DNA of 64,000 nt from Methylococcaceae bacterium (GTDB lineage: Bacteria; Pseudomonadota; Gammaproteobacteria; Methylococcales; Methylococcaceae), in the NCBI GenBank assembly GCA_044351045.1, contig JBILGM010000001.1:7314-71313 (forward strand), in the 5' to 3' direction. Made by a program: the position numbers and the translations under genes. The notes beneath the pieces were generated by a model that ran no database searches, was not told where the DNA came from, and saw only the letters and a list, made by a program, of their open reading frames with translations. This document shows, one piece after another, positions 56,163 through 64,000 of this stretch (position 1 is its first letter; each line of letters starts with the position of its first letter).

Positions 56163-57167
56163 ATGATAGAACCTACACCGGAAGCGCTGCGCGAGCGCTG
56201 GAACATACTGCTCAAGGAAACCCCTAAACTGCGCATTCGCGATGCTGCCGAGCAACTCGGCGTGTCCGAAGCGCAACTGCTGGCGCTAGGGAGCGGCGAG
56301 ACCTCAACCCGTCTCCGCGGCGATTGGGCTGACCTCTTGCTGGAATTGCATCGTCTGGGCCCACTGATGGGGCTCACTCGCAATGACCATGCCGTGCATG
56401 AACGGCACGGCGGCTATGGGGCACAGCAGGTTATGGGGCCCACGCGCCTGATCGAAGACGGGGGCTTTACCGCCGTTCTGTTTCTCGACCACTGGCACCA
56501 TGGATTTGCGGTTAGCGAAAGTGGGCACGGGCAGGTCCGGAGGAGCCTGCAATTCTTTGATCGCTTCGGCCAAGCGGTTCACAAGATCTACATGACTGAA
56601 CACAGCCGCGAAGAGCCCTTCCAGGAGATCGTTGACACGTTCCGTGCCGCTGATCAGGCCGAAATGCTGAATGTCGAGAACCCATTGACAGCGACGTCCC
56701 TCGACATGGTTGATCGTTTGTGGTCAAGCGCCGGGCTTTCGGGCGGGCCCAGGACCGGTGATGACACCGTGCCGGACCATCCGGACCTCGCCATCGATTC
56801 GCCAACGCTGCGGGTTCGGGCCCTGCCCCAAGGGACCGCCGAAACGGTACTTATGGTGGCGGCCGAACGGGGAACCGAGGTGGTAATAGCCGTGGGCAAC
56901 CGCGGTACCTTGCAAATGCATCGCGGACCCATTCACAAAATCCTGCGCACCGGGCCATGGATCAATGTCCTCGATGATCCCTTCAACTTGCATCTCCGCG
57001 ATACGCAGATCGCTTCCGGCTGGCATGTCGAGGAGGACGGTGGAACCGGTCAGGCTTATCTATGCTGGTGTGACTGCCAGCATCAGCCCATCCTTCAGAT
57101 TTCCAGCGAAGATCGTTCGGGCAGTTGGGCCGATTGCCTGGAAGCGGCATGTAAGCCGGCGCGGTGA
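56163..57167 (+). CDS. hemS: Hemin-degrading/heme-shuttle protein (HemS/ChuS/HmuS family)
   Basis: 334 aa. The opening LRERWNILLKETPKLRIRDAAEQLGVSEAQLLA and the duplicated-domain layout are typical of HemS/ChuS. Confidence 0.75.
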   Translation: MIEPTPEALRERWNILLKETPKLRIRDAAEQLGVSEAQLLALGSGETSTRLRGDWADLLLELHRLGPLMGLTRNDHAVHERHGGYGAQQVMGPTRLIEDGGFTAVLFLDHWHHGFAVSESGHGQVRRSLQFFDRFGQAVHKIYMTEHSREEPFQEIVDTFRAADQAEMLNVENPLTATSLDMVDRLWSSAGLSGGPRTGDDTVPDHPDLAIDSPTLRVRALPQGTAETVLMVAAERGTEVVIAVGNRGTLQMHRGPIHKILRTGPWINVLDDPFNLHLRDTQIASGWHVEEDGGTGQAYLCWCDCQHQPILQISSEDRSGSWADCLEAACKPAR

Positions 57168-57406
57168 CCGAAATCATCTATGCGCTGGGCTTGGGCGACC
57201 GTGTGGTGGGCAGCGATATCAGCAGCCACTGGCCGGAGGAGGTCAAGCAGCTGCCGCGTATCGGCTATCCCAGGACACTGAGCGCCGAGGGCATCCTCGC
57301 CCTCCGCCCCGACCTGCTGGTGACCACCCCGGAGGCCGGGCCACCGGCCGCTCTGGAGCATCTCCGCGCCAACCCTGCTGCTGGACGAGCCGACAGCCAG
57401 CCTTGA
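57164..57406 (+). pseudogene. Fragment of hemin ABC transporter substrate-binding protein (HmuT-like)
   Basis: TEIIYALGLGDRVVGSDISSHWPEEVKQLPRIGYPRTLSAEGILALRPDLLVTTPEAGPP matches the middle of the N-lobe of HmuT/ChuT-type binding proteins. The signal peptide and the C-terminal two-thirds are absent. Confidence 0.6.
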
Positions 57407-57671
57407 CCTCGGCCACCAGCAAACCGCGCTGGCGGCTTCCCGTGATTGCAGTCGTCAGGAGGAGGCGGCGGTCTGCGCGGTCCTGCATGACCTCAACCTG
57501 GCCGCGCAGCATGCTGAGCGGATCATCATCCTGCACGATGGCGGCATTGCCACGAATAGGAACCCGGAGCGCGTGCTGATGGAAAACCTGATCCAACGCG
57601 CCTTTGGCACCCGGGTGGTGGTCATCCGCCATCCCGCCATGGATTGTCCCTTGGTAGTCACTCAGCCATGA
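57372..57671 (+). pseudogene. C-terminal fragment of hemin ABC transporter ATPase (HmuV-like)
   Basis: A frame ending at the TGA at 57669-57671 reads TLLLDEPTASLDLGHQQTALAAS...AVLHDLNLAAQHAERIIILHDGGIA... (Walker B, D-loop, H-loop). Walker A, the signature motif and a start codon are missing. Confidence 0.65.
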
Positions 57672-57868
57672 ATCGGCCAGAACGGAAGCCTGTGGATCCG
57701 CAGCCTGGGGATGCGCCATCAACCCCATGCAATTATTTGGCTGAATTGCGAAAAATGGGGATATAACGGACCGAACCGCATGCCTTGCGTAAGGAACGAG
57801 CCAATAGCGCGTTTGGCAGTCCGCCTCCAATGACTCCTTAACCTGATATTCATAGACGGTTTTCCATC

Positions 57869-58519
57869 ATGTCAGATACGCAACAACCTTCCTATTTTGT
57901 CTTTGGGGCCGGCAAGGGTCTGGGTTACCAGTTTGCCCGCGAATTACGGGTCGACAGCCAAAGCGTGTCGGCTCTGGTGAGGGATCGCATCCAGGCCGAA
58001 CGGCTCGAAGCCATGGGCGTCAGATGCTTGGTCGGCGATGCCACATGCCCGCAAGACGTGCGTGCTGCCCTGGCCCTCTTGCCTGCCGATAGCCGGGTCA
58101 TTTCAACACTCGGGAGCTTCCAGTCCCAACATCCGGTCGATTTTGAAGGTCACCGGATCATCATTGACGTCATGAAAGCGCTTCAACTAAGCCAGATGCT
58201 GCTGGTCACCTCCTGGGGTTGCGGTGACACCTGGAAATGGCTTTCGCCTCGCTTCCGGGAGATTATCGGCCCGGCTGTCCGGCTGAAAAGTCTGGCCGAG
58301 AACTGGTTAATGACGAGCCGACTCGAATACCGCATCTTGCGTCCCGTGGGCCTGACCGATGGTGACGCTACCGGGAGGGCGATGTTGAGCCAGAATCAGG
58401 AAGTGCATGGACTGGTGAGGCGGGTGGATGTCGCAAAACTGGGTTTGGCTCTAATGAGAGACCCCTCGACGATTGGCAGTGTCCACGCCTGTCATGACCC
58501 AAGCCTGGTAAAACCTTGA
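57869..58519 (+). CDS. NAD(P)-binding Rossmann-fold protein (atypical SDR / NmrA-like)
   Basis: 216 aa with the N-terminal motif YFVFGAGKGLGYQFAREL. Confidence 0.6.
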   Translation: MSDTQQPSYFVFGAGKGLGYQFARELRVDSQSVSALVRDRIQAERLEAMGVRCLVGDATCPQDVRAALALLPADSRVISTLGSFQSQHPVDFEGHRIIIDVMKALQLSQMLLVTSWGCGDTWKWLSPRFREIIGPAVRLKSLAENWLMTSRLEYRILRPVGLTDGDATGRAMLSQNQEVHGLVRRVDVAKLGLALMRDPSTIGSVHACHDPSLVKP

Positions 58520-58710
58520 GCTGGCCAGACAAGCCGTTACCTGACGGCAGGCATGAAATCAGTCATCGTTCAGCTCACGGGCACCGGCTTGAGGACTGTT
58601 AACAAAGCCAGGCCCCACCGCCGGTTCCGGGCCGTCAACATCCGACTGGCCCCCTTATCTGGTCACTTTTCATAAATGTCATCATTGTTGGCGCGGGCCC
58701 GGCCGGGCTG

Positions 58711-59994
58711 TTGCTGGCTCACCAGTTACTAGACGGAAACCGCCATCACCGGATTCGGATAGTTGAGCGGTTAGGCGATCCGCGGGCGACCAGCCATCCC
58801 GAGCGGAGCTTCGTCATCCGTCTGTCGGCACGCGGCCGGGCTCATTTCAAATCCATCGAGAGCTTGTGGCCGGCGGTGCGGGAGAAAGGCGTGGAGGTCC
58901 GGCAAACCGGTCTTTATTCGGCCAAACACCGCCGCTGGAATTACATCCAGCGGAGCCCGGCCGCTGGCAGCCATACCCTGCTGATCAATCGGAATGATCT
59001 GTGCGGCGCCCTGCTGGATCAGCTCGCGATCTTCGGCGACCGGTGCGAGATTTCATTCAACCGACACTGCCTGGGCGTGGATCTCGTTGAGAAAACGATA
59101 CGGCTGGCCGACGTTGGCGACAACATGAGCATGCAAGGTTATGACTTGCTGATCGGCGCGGATGGTGTGCACTCGGTGATCCGCAATGCCCTGCTGAGGC
59201 AGCCTGGCTTCAGTATCAGTCAACGTAGCCTGGATGCCATATGGAAGGTCATTCATATCCAGTGGCCGCCAATATTCCAGCCCGGCACGACGTATTTCTT
59301 CAATACAAGCGGAAGAAGTGTCTTGCCAACACCGCCCCAACTGGCGGGTGCGGCCAGGCCCGCGCTGGATGACCGATTATGTCTGCTGATGTTCTGGCAT
59401 AGACGGCCTGATTCCGCCGCATACAATCCGCCTGGGATCGAGAACCCGGGGGACTTCCAAAAATATCTTGCCGAACAGTGGCTGCCCGGATTGGCGATTA
59501 CCCCGGAAGCGGCGATAACCTGGTTCGAGCAAAAACCGTCGCGGATTGTCGAGACGCGCTGCAACCGCTATCACGACCTTGCCGGACAGGCCATCCTGCC
59601 GGGGGATGCTGCCCATGGCATGTCCTCGGCTCTGGCGCAGGGGTGTCAGGCAGGACACGCCGATGCCATGGCCTTGGCCACCCTGTTACGGCAACATCCG
59701 GATGATTTACCCACGGTGCTGACGGAATTTTCCCGACAGCAACTCCAGGAAGGCCATGCCATCGCGGATCTGAATGCCTACCTGAGACCACAGGCCAGAG
59801 GGCTGTCGACCCTGTTCAAGGTCTACAGTGCCCTTCAGATGAACATGCATCGTTTGGTCCCGCGCTGGTGCGCCGCGCCGCTATTCGCTCAATTGGCCCG
59901 GCCTGATATTTCCTATTTTAAAATTGCCCATCAGTATCGGGTATGGATGCGGCTGATCCGGTGGTCGAATCGAATGAGTCGCTCAAATCAATGA
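58711..59994 (+). CDS. FAD-dependent aromatic-ring monooxygenase (kynurenine 3-monooxygenase-like). The true 5' end probably lies upstream, near 58672.
   Basis: GADGVHSVIRN and GDAAHGMSSALAQG motifs are present. The dinucleotide-binding motif NVIIVGAGPAGLLLA is encoded in frame at 58675-58719, upstream of the first canonical start (TTG 58711). Confidence 0.7.
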   Translation: MLAHQLLDGNRHHRIRIVERLGDPRATSHPERSFVIRLSARGRAHFKSIESLWPAVREKGVEVRQTGLYSAKHRRWNYIQRSPAAGSHTLLINRNDLCGALLDQLAIFGDRCEISFNRHCLGVDLVEKTIRLADVGDNMSMQGYDLLIGADGVHSVIRNALLRQPGFSISQRSLDAIWKVIHIQWPPIFQPGTTYFFNTSGRSVLPTPPQLAGAARPALDDRLCLLMFWHRRPDSAAYNPPGIENPGDFQKYLAEQWLPGLAITPEAAITWFEQKPSRIVETRCNRYHDLAGQAILPGDAAHGMSSALAQGCQAGHADAMALATLLRQHPDDLPTVLTEFSRQQLQEGHAIADLNAYLRPQARGLSTLFKVYSALQMNMHRLVPRWCAAPLFAQLARPDISYFKIAHQYRVWMRLIRWSNRMSRSNQ

Positions 59995-60073
59995 CATTGG
60001 GATTAGGGGTACATGCCCGGTTATTCGATACCATGGCTAACAAACCGGTTTCTAAAGATCATGGAGTCATAAC

Positions 60074-60814
60074 ATGAAATCTCCAAGCTACGCCCGGTTC
60101 AGCGACATCTCCATTAGTGAACGCATACTGAACACGGTATTCCTGCTGACGGTAGGGATCGGCTATCTGGTAGCGCTGACCAACCTGTATTACACCTATC
60201 AGGGCCGGGACGGCAAAGCGGGTCTCAGCATCGACGATATCGTGATTTCCTACTACGGCTCCAGTCAACAGACGCGGCTGGCAACCGCGATCAGCGGCAT
60301 CATGCTGCCTAATTTGAAATATGCTTCCGACAAGGATGTCATCCTCAAGTGGATCCAGCAGGGTGCTGACGAACCGACGTACAGCCAGTCTATCGCGCCG
60401 ATCCTCGTGCGTGATTGCATCAAGTGCCATACCCCGGCCATCAATCCGTCGCTACCCAATCTGACCTCCTATGAAGGCGTATCAGAAGTGGCCAAACCGG
60501 GTGGTGCCAGCATGCCCTTCCTGATCCGCGTCTCCCATATTCATCTGTTCGGCATCGCCTTCATTCTCTACTTCATTGGGCGCATCTTCCTGCTCTGCGA
60601 CCTGAATGTCATGGTCAAGCGAGTTGCAGTGGTCATTCCGTTCCTGGCCATGATGCTGGACGTACTATCCTGGTTCGTGACCCGCTCGCTACCCAGTTTC
60701 GCCTACGTGGTGGTCGCTAGCGGGGCATTAATGGGCGTATCGATGGGCTTGCAAATTCTGCTGAGCGTCTGGCAGATGTGGTTTCATCCCAATGGCCAAA
60801 ATGCGGGGCGATAG
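60074..60814 (+). CDS. Four-TM membrane protein with a single CxxCH heme c motif
   Basis: 246 aa with a GGAG SD. One N-terminal TM is followed by a loop containing VRDCIKCHTPAINPS, then three further TM helices. It lies directly upstream of feoAB. Confidence 0.6.
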   Translation: MKSPSYARFSDISISERILNTVFLLTVGIGYLVALTNLYYTYQGRDGKAGLSIDDIVISYYGSSQQTRLATAISGIMLPNLKYASDKDVILKWIQQGADEPTYSQSIAPILVRDCIKCHTPAINPSLPNLTSYEGVSEVAKPGGASMPFLIRVSHIHLFGIAFILYFIGRIFLLCDLNVMVKRVAVVIPFLAMMLDVLSWFVTRSLPSFAYVVVASGALMGVSMGLQILLSVWQMWFHPNGQNAGR

Positions 60815-60914
60815 TCATCAATTCCGCTTTTGCGCGCACTCCAATTCACGCATTGTCCTCTTTCCAGGCTATTCGCTGGAACTTGTCGGCTATGCAGGTC
60901 GAGTATGGTAAATT

Positions 60915-60933
60915 GAGAACTACTATCATTCGC
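60915..60933 (+). promoter_or_regulatory. Candidate Fur box upstream of feoA
   Basis: GAGAACTACTATCATTCGC matches 12 of 19 positions of the GATAATGATAATCATTATC consensus and lies 14 nt before the feoA ATG. Confidence 0.35.
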
Positions 60934-60946
60934 TATTTGTTCAACC

Positions 60947-61180
60947 ATGATCCCTGACCTTAGTCTTCTCAACGAGGGGGAGTCTGCCCTTATCCAGTCC
61001 ATTGAAGCGGATGAGGCACTCCATCACCGGCTGCAGGCGCTGGGGTTCCATGCTGGGAAGCCCGTGTCGGTGGTCCGCCTCGGGCGTTTTCAGGGGCCTT
61101 TGCAGGTGCGGGTCGGCATGACGGATGTGATCATGCGTCGGTCGGATGCCGCCAAGATCAAGATAGGTCCGCCACTTTGA
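60947..61180 (+). CDS. feoA: Ferrous iron transport protein A
   Basis: 77-aa SH3-like FeoA pattern (GESALIQSIEADEALHHRLQALGFHAGKPVSVVR). It overlaps the feoB start. Confidence 0.85.
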   Translation: MIPDLSLLNEGESALIQSIEADEALHHRLQALGFHAGKPVSVVRLGRFQGPLQVRVGMTDVIMRRSDAAKIKIGPPL

Positions 61181-62964
61181 AACGCATTGCCCTGTTGGGG
61201 ATGCCGAATACCGGCAAATCTACCTTCTTCAATCGCTTGACAGGGGCCCGTGCCCGTGTCGGCAACTGGCCCGGCATCACCGTCGACCTGATGACCGCCA
61301 AGACGATACTGGGTGCCGACTCGACTCAGGTGATCGACCTGCCGGGCATCTACAGTTTTCACGGGTTCTCCGAAGACGAAAAGGTCGTTCGTGACTTCCT
61401 GGAAAATAATGTCGTGGACTTGGTCGTCGTCATTCTCAATGCCACCCAGATCGACCGACAGCTCCCGTTAGCATTGCAGATCCGAAAGCTGGGTCTGCCC
61501 GCCGTGATCGTGCTGAACATGTCCGACGAGTCGCGTCAGCTGGGTATGCGGATCGATACCACGAAACTGGCCGAGGCACTGGGTTACCCGGTAGCCATGG
61601 TCAGTGCCAAATATGGCATGGGTTTCAATGAGGCCCGGCAGACCATCGGGCTCGCCTTGCAGACACCCCACCTGACTCCCGATCTGGGGCTGGAGCGGGT
61701 ATTTTCCGAGGATCATGAGATCGAGTCGGACACGGCCCGTATCCTGAGTTCGGCGGTGGACTTGCCCCGACAAATGCCGAAGGGACAGACCGCGCGGCTG
61801 GACCGGTGGCTGCTGCATCCCTGGTTGGGATTGCCGATTTTTTTTCTGCTTATGTTTTTGCTGTTTCAGTTCATATTCACACTGGGCAAGCCGCTGCAGG
61901 ATGGCGTGGCGTGGGTGCTGACAGAAATCCGGGACCGGGGGCTGGAACCCTGGATGGCAGACTGGCCGCCCCTGCTATCGGGTTTGTTGCTGGATGGCAT
62001 CTATAACGGGGTCGGCACGGTGGCCTCGTTTGTGCCGATCATCATTCTCTTCTTCCTGGTGATGACGCTAGTGGAGGACAGTGGCTACCTGTCCCGCGTT
62101 GCGTTTCTGATGGATGCCCTCATGGCAAAACTGGGGCTCGACGGCCGCAGTTTCGTCATGCTGCTGATGGGTTTCGGTTGCAATGTCCCTGCGTTGATGG
62201 GCACGCGGGTAATGCGGTCGCGGCCCCTGCGGCTGCTGACCATGCTGGTGGTGCCATTCTCGTTATGTTCGGCCCGGCTGCAGGTGTTCCTGTTCATGAC
62301 CGCTGCGCTTTTTTCCGCCCAGGCGGCGCCGGCAGTGTTGTTCAGCCTTTATTTGTTGAGTTTCCTGGCAGCGTTGCTGACCGCGCTGCTGTTCAAGGGG
62401 CGGTATGTCAGCACGGAACCCTTTGTTATTGAGCTGCCCCCTTATCGTTTGCCCACCTGGCGGCAAGTCGCGCTACGCGGCTGGCATGAAGTGCGGCATT
62501 TCCTGCGGCGAGCCAGCAAGTTCATCACGGCGGGCGTGGTCGCGGTGTGGCTGCTGACGCACCTGCCGACCAGCGTGCCCGCCAACAGTCCTGAAACCCT
62601 GGCTGGCCAGATTGCCATCTGGCTTGAACCGGTGCTGACACCGATCGGTATTGATGCTCAGCTCAGTTTGGCGCTGATCTTCGGCTTCGTCGCCAAGGAG
62701 ATCGTAGTCGGTTCACTGGCGGCCATTTATGGATTGGAGGGCGATGCGCTGATGGGCTTGATGGCCCAGAAACTGGACTGGGTGCAGGCCTACAGCTTCA
62801 TGCTGTTTACCCTGATCTATGTCCCATGCCTGTCGACGATTGCCACGCTCAAGCAGGAATCACGAAGCGTCGGCTTTACCTTGATTTCGGTGCTGTGGTC
62901 ATTAGTCCTGGCCTGGGTCACCTGTTTTGCCTTCTATCAGGGCGCTCGTGCATTGGGTTACTGA
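61177..62964 (+). CDS. feoB: Ferrous iron transporter B
   Basis: N-terminal G-domain (IALLGMPNTGKSTFFNRLTG ... DLPGIYS) followed by a polytopic gate domain. At 595 aa this is a short-form FeoB. Confidence 0.9.
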   Translation: MKRIALLGMPNTGKSTFFNRLTGARARVGNWPGITVDLMTAKTILGADSTQVIDLPGIYSFHGFSEDEKVVRDFLENNVVDLVVVILNATQIDRQLPLALQIRKLGLPAVIVLNMSDESRQLGMRIDTTKLAEALGYPVAMVSAKYGMGFNEARQTIGLALQTPHLTPDLGLERVFSEDHEIESDTARILSSAVDLPRQMPKGQTARLDRWLLHPWLGLPIFFLLMFLLFQFIFTLGKPLQDGVAWVLTEIRDRGLEPWMADWPPLLSGLLLDGIYNGVGTVASFVPIIILFFLVMTLVEDSGYLSRVAFLMDALMAKLGLDGRSFVMLLMGFGCNVPALMGTRVMRSRPLRLLTMLVVPFSLCSARLQVFLFMTAALFSAQAAPAVLFSLYLLSFLAALLTALLFKGRYVSTEPFVIELPPYRLPTWRQVALRGWHEVRHFLRRASKFITAGVVAVWLLTHLPTSVPANSPETLAGQIAIWLEPVLTPIGIDAQLSLALIFGFVAKEIVVGSLAAIYGLEGDALMGLMAQKLDWVQAYSFMLFTLIYVPCLSTIATLKQESRSVGFTLISVLWSLVLAWVTCFAFYQGARALGY

Positions 62965-63051
62965 AGCCGTGCTCACTTGATATGAGAGAACCCGCTCGGG
63001 GGTGCTCCCTCATTGGCTGATTTGTCCGGAAGGATGCCCCTGCTGGGATCG

Positions 63052-63399
63052 TCAGCTTTCCCGGTGCACGCAGCGCTCAAAGGCCGGCAGGTGTCGGTCC
63101 CGAGATGCGGATTGCAGATTAAGGAGGACCCGCCGGACATCCGGCTCGGATGTTTCCGCCAAAATCCGATCGTACATTGTCATGTTGTCCTGTTCGAACT
63201 CGGCGGCTTGCTGACAGACTTCCTTCAGCGTTGGCGTTACCGTGATATGGCAGGGCCAGTGGTCGACGGGGAATTCTATTTGGTAAGTCTCGAACAAGCG
63301 TAGCAGGGCTTCCACATGCCGGCCCTCGGCTTCATGAACATTGATGAAGGGCCGGACCGGTAAGCGCCACGCATGGTCAACTCCTGTAGTATCTCGCAA
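63052..63399 (-). CDS. Ferritin-like DUF2202-type protein (possibly N-terminally truncated)
   Basis: FINVHEAEGRHVEALLRLFETYQIEFP ... EFEQDNMTMYDRIL ... LLNLQSASRDRHLPAF resembles the rubrerythrin/ferritin-like DUF2202 pattern. The first helix expected in the family seems to be missing. Confidence 0.45.
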   Translation of the reverse strand: MRDTTGVDHAWRLPVRPFINVHEAEGRHVEALLRLFETYQIEFPVDHWPCHITVTPTLKEVCQQAAEFEQDNMTMYDRILAETSEPDVRRVLLNLQSASRDRHLPAFERCVHRES

Positions 63400-63590
63400 A
63401 GTATATTATTTTATCATAAATATCAATTGGATGGGTTGATTATATCGCCCCAACCAAGGCCAACCCCTTAATCCATGCGGCTTCCAGCCAGCAGAAAATC
63501 AGCAGCCTAATGACCCCGCACTTGTATGTGCCTCGATATAATTAAATATCTAGGTAGCTGCTGATTTGCTAAATATATAGTTCCAGATAG

Positions 63591-63911
63591 TTACTCAAAT
63601 TCAAGCTCGAGAGAGCTATCACAGAAGTCGTGTAACGCTGGAGCGGATTCAGATCCATCAAAATAGACAGCAGTTACATACTGCTTACATTCCTGATTGT
63701 TCGTGCTTTCAGACCAAACTAACGTCATTGACTCACCTGCCTTAATTCCAGAGCCAATATCAAACTCACCCCAACTCTTCTTATCTTCCGAGGTAAGGAT
63801 TTTCTTCATTTTTTGTTTCGTTTTATTGTGTACCACAAATGAGTAATCAGACATGGCGATGCCAGAAGAAATAGAAAGACCAATGGCGAGTATTATGTTT
63901 ATGATTTTCAT
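63591..63911 (-). CDS. Small secreted hypothetical protein in an AT-rich segment
   Basis: 106 aa with signal peptide MKIINIILAIGLSISSGIAMS. Composition is strongly AT-rich compared with the rest of the window. Confidence 0.5.
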   Translation of the reverse strand: MKIINIILAIGLSISSGIAMSDYSFVVHNKTKQKMKKILTSEDKKSWGEFDIGSGIKAGESMTLVWSESTNNQECKQYVTAVYFDGSESAPALHDFCDSSLELEFE

Positions 63912-64000
63912 GCTTATAACTAAAATTAAATTTAAAAAGCTTGAGGCTATGGGTGTTTCGTCAGTTAACGAGTATCTATTGAATCAATAAAAGCTTAGGT

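Overview
GC-rich proteobacterial (probably gammaproteobacterial) chromosomal window; no rRNA, tRNA, CRISPR array or transposase gene was found. Layout: (1) 0-9 kb: the gatC tail and a canonical cell-shape and peptidoglycan block (mreB-mreC-mreD-mrdA-rodA, mltB, NlpC/P60), then an oxidoreductase and a membrane protein. (2) 10-16.5 kb: a minus-strand operon with a 1306-aa DUF748/AsmA-like protein, a LEA_2 lipoprotein and an HExxH plus YkgJ Cys-cluster fusion protein. (3) 16.5-36 kb: a cell-surface region. It holds a Wzy_C/O-antigen-ligase-like protein with TPR, a PIG-L deacetylase, a Ser/Thr/Asn-rich secreted 442-aa protein with an FG-GAP lipoprotein and a parvulin, Wzm/Wzt, a sulfotransferase, a fatty-acid hydroxylase, an acyltransferase-3 and an IPT/TIG protein. 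Six intergenic arrays of one composite hairpin-module repeat family sit in this region, and two of them bracket a small stand-alone GIY-YIG nuclease gene. This repeat family is the most unusual signal in the window. (4) 36-42 kb: a Bat-type vWA/TPR cluster interrupted by a Phd/VapC toxin-antitoxin pair. (5) 42-44 kb: an AT-rich island with a GT-C-like membrane glycosyltransferase. (6) 44-51 kb: a SWIM protein, a P-type ATPase, several gene fragments and a frameshifted secreted repeat protein. (7) 51-54 kb: acetyl-CoA synthetase with an in-frame N-terminal STAS domain, followed by a pentameric ligand-gated-channel-like protein. (8) 55-58 kb: a decayed heme-utilisation locus (hutZ and hemS intact, hmuT and hmuV reduced to fragments). 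(9) 58-64 kb: oxidoreductases, a CxxCH membrane protein with feoAB, a ferritin-like protein and an AT-rich end. All functional calls rest on motif recognition in the supplied translations; no database search was run.
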